Source: Salpingoeca rosetta
Lineage: Eukaryota > Protista > Choanoflagellata
Assembly (NCBI GenBank): GCA_033442325.1
Contig: JAWQFM010000004.1
Span: 552,979 to 616,978 of the forward strand
DNA length: 64,000 bases
Reading direction: 5' to 3'
A program made the translations under genes and the position numbers. The notes under the pieces were generated by a model. It saw only the letters and a program-made list of their open reading frames with translations. It did not search any database and was not told where the DNA came from. Shown piece by piece: positions 25,058 through 37,200 of the stretch; positions within the stretch are counted from its first letter, which is position 1; every line of letters begins with the position of its first letter.

Positions 25058-25560
25058 GAATCGCCGCGCATGTGTACGCATGCAGTTCGCCTTCTTTACT
25101 CTGTGACTCCCTCACTCCCTCACGTCCTCACGTCCTCTCCCGCGACGCACGCGCCTTCACTTGCTCGCAGATACATCACGTTCCGGGCCACTGGGTGCTG
25201 TCTGCGTCATACGACGGCACGGTGTACGTGGCAGACTCATCAACGCAGTCTTCCACCGAGGACAGACAGCGGTGCCTGGGCCACCAGCTGCGCAAGCTGT
25301 ACAACATCGAGGCAGACCACGTCGTGCACCTCAGGGATGTGCCACAGCAGCAAGACAGTGTGTCGTGTGGCCTGTTTGCGCTGGCTTACGCCACACTGCT
25401 GGCTGCTGGCCTGCATCCACTCGACTTGAACAGCGTCAGCATGACGGTACACCAGCTGCGCACGTGGTACTTGCAGTGCGTGGCTGATCGGGAGCCAGAT
25501 GTTGTGGAGGCGCTGCTCATGAAGCTGCTACAAGAGGCACAACTCGACGACAACAACAAC
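24394..25560 (+). pseudogene. Ulp1/SENP-like C48 cysteine protease gene, copy A (spliced; upstream exons appear damaged)
   Basis: Exon from 25171: IHHVPGHWVLS..VYVADSS..VPQQQDSVSCGLFALAYA, containing the His, Asp, Gln and Cys catalytic residues. Confidence 0.75.
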
Positions 25561-25886
25561 AACGACGACGACAACGACGACGACGACAATGACGACGACG
25601 ACAACGGCCTTGAGTCGCCACTCCACCAGCGACGCTGCCTTTTTGTCTTGCAGAGGCAACGGTCCCTCCACTTGCAGCCGACAAGAGAAGAGGATCGAAT
25701 GGCCTTCTCTGCCACAAGCGGCGAGGTGGTTGTGGTGCATGACAGGAGCGATGGTGTGGAGGGGGAAGAGGAGGTGGTGGTGATTGAAGGTGCTGCGTTC
25801 GAAGAGGGTTTCGATGGCGGTGATGTGATCGACGTGGGCGGAGACAATTGTGATGACACGGGCGAGCCGCAGCAGCCACACTGGCC

Positions 25887-25887
<1 letters not shown>

Positions 25888-25964
<77 letters not shown>

Positions 25965-26020
25965 GCAACAACAACAACAACAGCAACAACAACAACAACA
26001 GCAACAACAACAACAACAGC

Positions 26021-26058
<38 letters not shown>
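25888..26058 (+). repeat. (CAA/CAG)57 poly-Gln microsatellite
   Basis: Directly visible. Confidence 0.95.
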
Positions 26059-26092
26059 CTACAACACCAACTTCTGCAACAACAGCAACAAC

Positions 26093-27570
26093 TCTGCAGC
26101 TTCAGCAAGAGCCCCCACCACCCTTTCCAAGCATACACCACGCCGGGCGCCGAGTTGGAGACGGAGATAGCACAAGCCATCGCGGATCTGCACCTCGGCG
26201 ACGACGGTCCCCGTGACACGAGGGACGTTCTAAACCACGACGCTCGCAGCTTGCAGCAGTTCCTGGCCCAGATCATGGACAGGAAGGCGGGCTGGGACGA
26301 GAACCCACGCAACCGAGCCATTCAACGAGGAGCCAGCCTGCACGGCGGCTACGAGTGGCTCCTGGCCCTGCCCAGCTGCAAGGACCTGCGGATGTCGGAC
26401 AAGGTGTTTCGGTTTGCTCTTAGCCAGCGGATTCGGACACCTTGTTCCGAGTCGCGCGCATCAGGCAGCTGCTACTGCTGCGGGCGTGAGATGAAGCTGG
26501 ACCACGCAGAAGTCTGCGACTCCACAAGAACGGGCCGGCACGACTACATGCAGAGCGCCATCTCCCGGGCCTTCATGCAGCTCAACCGCCGCGCGACACA
26601 AGAGCCCTCCGGCTTCCCAGGCGCAGGCGGCAAGCGCGGTGACATCCTCAGCTTCGACAAGTCTGGCGATTACACCGTGTTTGACCTCGTGTTTGCCCCC
26701 CCCCCCCCCGCGGGCAGGTCGTACCAACCACAGGCCGCCAAAGTCAACCTCTACGCGGCGTCGCAGGCGGAAACAACGCAAGATCAAGAAGTACCCAGGC
26801 CCATCCTACGCCGACCAGGGCGACTTCACATTTGTGCCGATTGCGATCGAGGCTGGCTCGGGCGCCTGGGGCTCGAAGTTCCGGAAGTTCTTCAGCAGCG
26901 ACCTTATGTCCACGACGGACCCACAAACACCACCACACGTGCGCACTTGTACCTCCATGCACAGCAGCACGTACTGGCGGCAAGTGTTGTCCATCGCGAG
27001 ATGCAAGGCTGAGTGCTACGCGAACCTCCGGTGCATCGGCCAGATGCCTCACGACAAGCGGGGCAAAAAACCAGCCGGGCTCGGTCCGGGAGAGAGACAC
27101 ACGCACTCCCCGCCAGAGCACCCAGACGGTACAGCGGACGCGCGCTCAAGCCCAGCGCAACCACCAACAGGACAAGCGCACCCGCAAGCGCAAGCATCCG
27201 CAGACCACACCCCCCGACCACAGCGGCCAACGCAGCAATGACAGCAACAACGACAACAACGACACCGCTGCCACCACCACCGACAACGATGAGGGACAGC
27301 CACACAGCGCCGCAGTGACCTCACGTAGCCCCAACAGAGCCCCCTGCAACTGTCTAAGCGACAGTCGCAGCACTACACATGAGCCTCGCACCGAGGCACT
27401 TGGTTTCTATCTATCTATCTATCTATTGATTTACTTTTCTTTCTATCTATGCGGCGCCTGCTCTCACACACATTTGCCCATGCACACCGTTGCCCTTTGT
27501 TTGCTGCAATTGCTTTCCCCATCTCTGAGCGCTGGGAGCAGTGTAAGATTTCAGCGAGTTTTCCCCAATA
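26093..27570 (+). mobile_element. 5'-truncated copy (~1.5 kb) of the RLE non-LTR retrotransposon at 48.6-53.1 kb
   Basis: Highly similar to the reverse complement of 48631-50110, including the 3' UTR. Small indels frameshift the endonuclease near 26773. Confidence 0.95.
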
Positions 27571-27662
27571 CAATATCACCACACAAACACACACTTTTTT
27601 GTTTTGGTGTGTCATCATCGCCAATAACTCGACGAGAGCTGTCAGTGCGACACACACCAACC

Positions 27663-28247
27663 ATGGATCGGCAAGTGCCCGCGCTGCGCAGGCGGCAAGC
27701 CGTCGTGCAAGACCGAGAGCAACGAGAGAGAGGAGAACAGGAGCGTGCGCCACTGGATCCCGATGACCTGGCTCAGGCAGCTCGTGATCCCGAGCAACGA
27801 GAAAGAGCAGAGCAAGATGCAGCACCTGCACGTGTACCGGAAGGGTTGAATGACAACTTTGTGGATGCAATTGTTGACATTCTCAACAGCTTCCGAAGCA
27901 ACAATCCGGCTTACTGGGATGCGTGCTGGGACTGGATTCTCGACCAACTTCCCCATTGTATGCGAAGCCACTTGCCCACCAAGGCTAGGGATGCGTGGAT
28001 TGCAGAACTGGCGCGCCTTCTTGGTGCAAAAGCTTTCTCTACATTGGTGTGGAAGTTCATTGTGACGTTCATTCCAAGTTGCCGTTGTGCTGTGCTTTGT
28101 GCAAACGTAGCGTTTGTGGTTGGAGGGGTTGCTTGGGCAGGGTTGGACGCCCGGTTGTCCGAGGGTTGGTGGTTGGAAAAGTTCATCTCGTCACTTTCAT
28201 CTCCCTTGGTTGTGATGAAGAGTGCGCTGCAGGCACTGTTTGCTTGA
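27663..28247 (+). CDS. Orphan 194-aa protein, charged N-terminus and hydrophobic C-terminus, intronless
   Basis: ATG in accATGg context, open to TGA; protein-like composition; no family recognised. Confidence 0.5.
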   Translation: MDRQVPALRRRQAVVQDREQRERGEQERAPLDPDDLAQAARDPEQRERAEQDAAPARVPEGLNDNFVDAIVDILNSFRSNNPAYWDACWDWILDQLPHCMRSHLPTKARDAWIAELARLLGAKAFSTLVWKFIVTFIPSCRCAVLCANVAFVVGGVAWAGLDARLSEGWWLEKFISSLSSPLVVMKSALQALFA

Positions 28248-28360
28248 TTGACTCTGCCCAGCTTGGGTGTGGTACGAGTGCTCTTGTATTCTTTTTCGTG
28301 TACTCAAAGAATAAGACGAGCGAAACCAACGCCAACATTGAAGAGGAACAAGACCGCACA

Positions 28361-28452
<92 letters not shown>

Positions 28453-28552
28453 GCATGAAACAAAGCGAGCAAGATATTGTGAAACGGGCGCGGGTGACTT
28501 ATGCTGAGGGCTCCACAGCACTTCTGGCTCGCTCGGCCTCCAGTGCAGTCCA

Positions 28553-29143
28553 TTAGACGCGCAGGGCGAGGGGACGGCGCTGATCACCAATGGCCTGCTG
28601 AAGGGCAGATACGAGTTGGGGTAGGGCATCCCTCACAAACAACACAAAGTGTTGCACGCAGTCCTGCAGCACCGGGGAAATGACGATGACGGCCGCCCAC
28701 ACTGCACTGGCACACAGCCAAGCACCAGTTTGCACGAGATGCAAGGCCTTGCGCGCCAGCGACATGTTGGGATCCTGCCAGATGTTCTGCATTCGCACAA
28801 AGGCGGTGAACCACCGGTTTGCCTCTGGGGGTCCGCGGAAGTCTTGGACCACAACAACACCGAGCGCAAGCACGAGCGCAAACATGGCCATGTGAATCAT
28901 GCACAGGCGGGGAAGTTGAAAGAGGCGAAGCCATATGTTCTGTGCGAGCTTCGTGGCAGCCGCCTTGAAGGCCTTGGGTGTGGCTGCGGAAAACAGGTTT
29001 GCCACAAGGTCGGCCAATTCGTGTGGTCGACAACACAATGTGTCTGCCAGAAACGACAGCACAACAATCGCTCGGGCGCGCGCGATATTCCCCTCTTTCT
29101 GATCCCCTGAAGTCAGGGCTGGTCGCTGCAGCTGGTTTCCCAT
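28553..29143 (-). CDS. Orphan 196-aa membrane protein, possible N-myristoylation (MGNQ), intronless
   Basis: Open frame with 2-3 hydrophobic segments; convergent with 27663-28247. Confidence 0.5.
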   Translation of the reverse strand: MGNQLQRPALTSGDQKEGNIARARAIVVLSFLADTLCCRPHELADLVANLFSAATPKAFKAAATKLAQNIWLRLFQLPRLCMIHMAMFALVLALGVVVVQDFRGPPEANRWFTAFVRMQNIWQDPNMSLARKALHLVQTGAWLCASAVWAAVIVISPVLQDCVQHFVLFVRDALPQLVSALQQAIGDQRRPLALRV

Positions 29144-29732
29144 GCTCGAACTTGAAGGCTGGGTTGGTGATAGGGCGGTCGGGTGGTGGGGCCACGGACG
29201 AATGAAAAAATGCAAACAAACAAGAAAAGGCTTCGCGACCAATTTCCAGGTCACATCACAACGGTTCTCCAATGCCGGGTTTCATGTTGTTGTTCTTGTT
29301 GTGTGATGGGGTTGATTCGACACACACACACACGAGTGATGGCATGACAGTGTGTGCCACGCGCACACCGCATCGAAACAATAACGATAGACACAAAGAA
29401 TACTAGCCGCAGTGAAGCGGGGCACACCCACACACACACACACACACACAGACACAGACACAGACACACACACAGACACACACACACACACACACACGCA
29501 CACACACAGACACATACACACACACACACATCACACACACACACACCACACACACACATTTGGCGACCCGTGCCAAGGATTGCCCGGTCAACGCGCACAA
29601 GGGTCTGGGATGTGACTGTCCGCTTGCTGCTGCTGCACGTATGCATGCCGAGCTGATTCACTCTTAACCTTGCGCAAGGTTGTATCGTGCTGGTTCCGCA
29701 GTGGTGACACCCAAGTGGGGGTGGGTGGCTTG

Positions 29733-30520
<788 letters not shown>

Positions 30521-31487
30521 TCAGTCGTTGCTGCTTCAGTCGTTGTCGTTGATAACGGTGATGGGGTGAAGAGGACGATGATTAGGATGCTGGTGATGCC
30601 ATCAAGCAAGTCCGCGACAGAAGTGGTGCCCCTGAACGGCCATGTGGCTGTAGCCGTCGTCGCAGACATGAGGAAACGGCGGCACCGTGTTCGGAAAGGA
30701 GGGTGGACAAGCCCTACTGCCGCCGCTGCTTCTGCTGCCATCACAGCTGTTGTTGCTGTCGTTGCCGGTGCTGCAGATGAGGTCGACATGTTCTGGCGTC
30801 TGCACTGCAACCCCGCAGCAGCGGCCGCAATGTGCTTGTGATGGTTGGTGTCGTTGACAATGTCGGCATCATGGCATGCGTCAGAGATGGTGAATATGCT
30901 GGCCCGTGTGCAGGCGCAGGCAGTGCTGGTGGGAATGGGCCTGATGCCGCTCCCAAACACTGGTTGCAGGAGTGGTGCCGCGTTGTTCATTGTGGTGACG
31001 CTGTTGTGATTGCTGTGAATGCACACCCTCTCTACCACGTCCTCTGCTCCGTGCACGACCTCTTTGTCCTCCTCGTCCGCTCCCACCACGTTCATCCCCA
31101 GTCTGCTCTCCTGCGGTCGCCCACGCTGTATGACTGCAGGTAGTGGTGGCGTTGTCACATGAGTGCGTTTGTGTGCGTGTGCATGAGTGTGCGCATGCGT
31201 GTGATCGAGGAGGAATAAAAGTGATGAACAGGCACGTGACTGCAGCCGGCTTACATTGTGAGTACTTTGGGGTCGAGCCTTGAGCAGGTGCTTGCATGGG
31301 AGTCGGGGGTGAGGTTGGTTCTTGTGGCAGACGCTTCCTGATCGCAGCAGGGGGTGGTGGGAGAGGTGGTAGGATTGGATTGGAAGGTTGTGGTGGGTGG
31401 GAGCAGTCAGTGGAGTGAGTAGAGTGTATTGCATACATACTGTCTTTCTACAACAAACACAAACACACACACACACCACTTGCTGTT

Positions 31488-31790
31488 ACCTTTGCCTGCC
31501 TGCTTCTTCTTCATGTGCAAACTCTCAAAGCAACAGCAGCACGCTGAACACGTTCAGCACGTGTGTCATCTTCTTGAACCGCCATGTGTGCGACACAAAG
31601 AGCACGGTCGCATTGCCCACTGCATCGTGGAGTGGCTACCACTGCTTGTGTAGCAGATCAATAATACACGCGCAGCAGCTGTAGAGCTGTCCCTCTTGTT
31701 GCACCACAACGACGAGGTGCTTGCTTGCTTGCTGGCTTGCGTGAACGCGAGGAAGGCCTTCTTTGTGATCGCGTCCACAAACCATCCAAC
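31488..31790 (-). pseudogene. Remnant of an FVSH(A/T)W-motif N-terminal domain of a TPR-associated family
   Basis: IDLLHKQW*PLHDAVGNATVLFVSHTWRFK, with stops; splice donor near 31488. Confidence 0.45.
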
Positions 31791-32259
31791 CACGCAATGG
31801 TGCTTGCTTGGTTTCTGTCCTTTTTTCTGTCCTTTGCTTCTTGTTGGCGAAAAGTGGCGCTCACACCAACAAAACGCACCGCGCTGTTTGCTTCCTTCTT
31901 TTGCTTGCCATGTTGACAGAGAAGGAAAATCCTTGCGTTTCTGGCAACACCTGCCATCAGATTTGGAAGCACTTTCCCGCCCTGCAGCACAAAGAAAAAG
32001 AAAAAACCACAACAATACACCACAGCAGTTATTGTTGTGTTGTCGCACACACTCTCCACTGCCGCAACAAGCCAGCCAGTGCTTGCTCGCTCTGTTGCTC
32101 TCTTGCTTGCGACGCATGTGGACGCCATTTGTGCTCTTGTTCGCCTTCTTCCTCGTTTGCGTCACTGATGGCTCTTGCCACAGACACAGACAAGCATACA
32201 AGGTGCACCATGGTGGTGGCGGGATCATGTGTCGTGCAAGAGAAAACGAGCGAAGCGGT

Positions 32260-32573
32260 TGATGGGCAGGATCACAGTTGTGGTTGACACAAGAAGGTCG
32301 GCACCTTCCCTTCCACATCAACGCATCAACACCAGTCATCCATCCCACTGATGGACGCAAGTCAGCCAACGGGCATGGTGGACGTGAACGGTGTGCTTGC
32401 ACCACTGCAGCAGAGAATGGAGCACAGTGCTGCAGGAGCACCAATTAGCCAATGGCGAGGAGGCCTCTTAAACACAACGCACCATCATGTGACACACTCA
32501 AGTGGCAAGCCAAGTGCATGACCTAATCCAACCACACGCGATACGGCAACATGGCATGGGTGGTGTCGTGCCC

Positions 32574-32604
<31 letters not shown>

Positions 32605-33163
32605 GCTTGACCTGTGCGCAGAGACGTGCATCTGTGCTCATCGTCGATCCCTGACATCCACCCCTGTTCGACGCAGCGACCACAATTCCAGCGATAAACG
32701 GCCTCATCTACATGCTGACTATCATCCCTTGCTGTAGACAAAGACAAGGCCCCTTATCAGCGACTGCAACACTCTATCCACTATCCTCGATTGATTCAAG
32801 AACCACCAACACAGCTGTCTGATGAAGCATGCCAGCTGAAAATGGCGTCATCCACAACGGCTGCATCCCACGAAGCGTGGTGCGGGAGGCGACCTCACAT
32901 GCATTCAACGACCTCATCTACAATGTTCCAGCCAGCAGATCACTCGACGACGCCGACGATGCTTGCCATCGACACAGCTCCACACGCAGCGAGTAGCGTG
33001 ACCGGCTGCAGTGCAGTGGGCTGGCGGCGTGCTTGCGTCAAACGGCAACATCAACGACCAGCATCAGGAGGCGTGCTTGCTTGCTGTGGATGGCCTTGTC
33101 CACTGCATTCCTCCCACCAACACGGAGTTTGTGCTCGTCATCGACCCAGAAGAAATGTTGTAG
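32260..33163 (+). pseudogene. Decayed paralogue of the beta-propeller gene at 5735-6982
   Basis: Fragments HINAS/INTS..VDVNG, ASVLIVDP, INGLIYM, FNDLIYNVP, QWAGGVLASNG and DGLVHCIP..VLVIDP..* in shifting frames. Confidence 0.75.
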
Positions 33164-33424
33164 ACGTGCATTCGTGCATGCTGACTTCTCCGCTTGTGTG
33201 TCTGCTTCCCTGCTCGTCTTGGATCTTGTTCGTGGGCTGTGTTTCAGCGCCTTTCTGTTTCTTCTTCCACCACTTTGTTCTGTCTCCCTTCCCTCCTCCC
33301 TACTAGCCTCCCTGGAGCCACTTTGTGCGCACCCACTGCTGCTGTTGCTTCACCCATTCTTGCTTCTGTCCCATGTCATCCTTTCCCTTCTCCTTTTCAC
33401 CTTGTACGTTCCTTACTGGTGCGC

Positions 33425-33960
33425 TCACCACCCTTGCCGCGTGCACTCCTTCCATGTTGCCGTGGCTCGAACCAACACAGTGAACGCGCAGCGTCTGCGA
33501 TCATGTTGTGCACTTGCTCCTCATCGTGTGATGCAATCCACGACATCTTGTGCAACCACTACCTCAGCACATGCCCCTCATCGTGAAGATCCCTTGCGTT
33601 TGGTGCTTAGCACTCACAGTGTCGCACTGCACTTACGAAGACGCGCACACAACGCACACAGCGTGAAGAAGGAGATGATTTCTCTTCTCGTCTTCTTGCG
33701 GCTGGCCTCCATGATGAGCACGAGCAAGAGCAAGAGAGCAAGTTACCTCAACCCCAACTGGATCGACGCAGCTGCTCCATCGATCAACGCCCATGCGAGC
33801 TGTTGCTGTTGTTGTGTATTGCTGCCGTCTTGTGAACAGCGCACGAAAAGACGGAACGGAACAACAGGGCCACTGTAGAGAATCAATGTGAAGCATTCAA
33901 GACGGAAGGCAAGACATGCGCAATACGAGCACTTGAACACACACTCCTGCACTCACAACC
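33425..33960 (-). pseudogene. Spliced gene fragment of unknown product
   Basis: Series of minus-strand GT(A/G)A donors and AG acceptors with short exons; in-frame stop. Confidence 0.3.
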
Positions 33961-34280
33961 ACTGAAGGAAACTCAGAGGCGCCTCGGCGCGTCGCGTTTG
34001 TTGACCCAACCCTGACTTTAGGGGTGCGAAGTTCACTGAGGTTTTGTTTTTTTCTTCGAATGCACCGCTCGTTTCGTCATTTCATTTCACAAAACAGAAG
34101 ACACCACAACAACGTGTGTGTCATTGTCTCGTCACAAGCACAACACACCACACAACCACAAGAGCTTTTCTTGTTTGTGGCTGAAGCGACAACCCAAAAC
34201 ACATTCTCGCCTCAGCGCCTCGTTTTGTTCCCCAACAAAACTTGTCGACCATTCTTTCTGGAGTGGTTTGCTCTGCGACG

Positions 34281-37200
34281 ATGGGGAACCGCAAACGTAC
34301 TGACATGCGCACGGCTGCATGGCTTCGAGTCATTGCAGCAGCCATCGCTGTGTTCGCGATGCTGCAGCAAACACCACCAGCAGTATCATCCTCCGCAGGC
34401 TCTCCGTCTCCATTGCAGCGCGTGTGTCACGCCATAACGACACATTTGTCAAGCCAAGTCGAGCGTCTTGATGGCGTTTCCGGTGGCAGCCTCTCCAACT
34501 TCCAGTTTGTGACTGACGCGTGTCAGTCAGCAACGACATTCCCCATCTTCAGCGACTCCGGCTTCGTGGGTTCGCCTGTGGTGACCACTGACTTCTTGGA
34601 AAACGTTGCGGACGATAACAATGTTTCGTACGCGACGACCAAGGCTCAGCAGGTGTTCTCTCTCACGTGGGACGCGGCAACATCCACTGCCCGCGTCAAC
34701 ATCACGATCGTGCAGCAGCAGTTCCTCCGTGCCACCGTTCGGGAAGTGCTGGTCCCCGAGGACACGCCCATGATCATCGTGAGTACTCGACTAGCTGTCG
34801 TCCGCCCTGGGGCGCCCTTTGCCCCGCTGCACCTCGCGCACCTCAAGTGGCCACTGAGCGATGCCACAGCCTCGGGGTCAGGCGGCAGCGTCGTCATCGC
34901 GCGAGACCCTGATCTCCTCGACAACCAGCTGCCGACCGTGTTCATCCCCACGCCTCAGGACCCGGGCTCGCTGCCGGCAGAGACGCTCAATATCGTCCAT
35001 TCGCTGCTCGGACAACCGCACCTGCGTGTCTCATCCATGGCAGCAAGCGCGGCTGCATTCCGGGCCACTGCTCGCCGGGTCTGGCAGGCGCTGGACTTGC
35101 TGTCGCAGAAGGAGCTCAACACTGTCACGCAGAGAATCACGCGGCGAACCGTGGCCAACACCCCAACGCAGGGGCCACTTGGTGTTCTGCTGCAGCGGAC
35201 CCGCGTCTGCGCCGGTGGCACATGGCAGCCGTTCGGGGCCCAGTACGCAAAGTGCGACGACCACATCATGGAAGCGGTCAAGGGGTTTGTCTCCAAGGCT
35301 GCAGATGGGACGCCTTGCGATGGTGCTTTCGAGGTGATTGAAGACTCTGTACTGTCACACATTGCGGTGGACCTCTTTTCCTCCCAAGATGCCGTCATTG
35401 CCCAGGGCTTTCGCGCACAGACGGTTGCAACAATCAAATGCACAAGCGATGTGATTCGCCCAGGCAGCAGCGACTCCATCGTTGCATCTTTCACAATGTC
35501 CTCCAGCAACCCAACAAACAGTGCCTGGCTACTCGACTACTTCACCGACATCTCAAATCGGCTTGTCCCACTGGAAATGGTGCAGGCGTGGATGCCCACC
35601 GTTGAAGCTCAGGTGATGGGTCATCTACTCTACAAACCTGACGCGACAATGCCTGAATCAAAAGCACCGACGACAGTACACACATTCCTGCCAGGAAACG
35701 CAATCACCTCCATGTTTCCGGTTGGCGTCGCACTGGGCGACCTCGAGCTTGAGTCTTCGCAAGCAGCTGTTGCGCACGTCACGCTAGTTCTGGAGACCCT
35801 GATGACGCAACTTCAGACTGGGGTGCCAGATGTCAACACGGCTGTGCACGAGGCGCTCAAGGCTGACAAGATTGCCGACGTCGTTCAAGATTATGTTGAC
35901 CATGCCGATCACGCCACAGTGCTTGGATTTTGGTCATGGTTTCAGTCGCAGCTATCGCCTCGCACCCTCCAGCTTCAGCCATTGCTACCACCAGTGAATG
36001 ACGAGAACAACTTGGCTGCGTTTGGATTGAGCGTGAGGGTGAGCAGAACCCTCGCCATCAACAGCATCAGCTCCTCATCTCTAGCCGGCTTGTTGGCTGA
36101 TGCAAATGCTATCCTCGACTCGTTTCGGCCCCGTGCAGGCATCATATGTGGGCCGCTCGCAGCCAACTTGATCAACTGGTCGACCAACCACGTCGATGAT
36201 GCTGAATTTCAATTCAGTGCGCAGGCAACGGCCTGGGTCGGCCTCCCAGTGAACGACGACACAATCACTGTCAAAGCACTGCGAGAACACGTTGCTGGTT
36301 TCTTGCGCGTCAGTGGTTCCAGCTCCGATGACAACGAGCCGCACAAGTTTTCATTTGTTCATGACTTGAGCACTGGTGACATTGGTGGCAGGTTTATCAC
36401 TGGAAGCTACAGCGTCTCTGTCGATCCTGGACCACTAACCGACATCCAGGCCGCAAAATTGTCTTGCAGGAGCATCGCCACGGCCAGCACCATGCCGGAC
36501 GCAACCACTATGGAGCAGGCCGTAGACCTTCTCGCACAGAAGGCCACCGCGGTGGCAACTGCGCCAGTGCAGCTGAGCAACTGGCCACCAGGAGCGCTGC
36601 TCCGGCCCATCTTCGACGCCATATCGTCAGCGGTCGCCGGGCAGCATTTGCAGGAGCACAAAGCTGCGGAGCGTGTGGAGCTGGCTGCGCAGAGCACATC
36701 TAGTCCAGTGCAAGGAGTCACGGTTGTGCCCACGGCTCTTGTGAAAGACGGCAAAATCCGCCTGACTCTCAGCATCGAGCAGTTGAACACAGCCATCATC
36801 CCCGTGGACGGGAGCGCGTGGCGCGGCATCGTGGGGACAGACCGGTTCGAGACAACGGTTGTTTTGTCCTACAACATCATCGTCAGCATGCACGGCTTCA
36901 CGGCCGAGGTCCTCAGCTTTGCCGCCACTGGGGCCACGAATCTGGGCGGGTTTGTCCTTCCGACGCAACTGGGCATGCAGTTCAACAAACCCGTCACAAC
37001 GTCGCTCACCCTGAACGCTGACATGCCCAAGTCTTTCTCGGTCAACTTGCAGTTGGATGTGGCGAGTGAGTTTGGCCACCCGTTTTCCTTCCATCTCTCC
37101 AGCAGCAACCTTCCATCCAACGACGACAGTGATCAACAGCAGCAGCAGCAGCGACAGCAGCAGCAGCAGCAGCAGCGACAGCAGCCAGTGATGTTTCGCA

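Noticed and set aside
26832-28247. 471-aa ORF as one gene
   Set aside because: Its first part is retrotransposon tail and UTR; only the portion from ATG 27663 looks like an independent gene.
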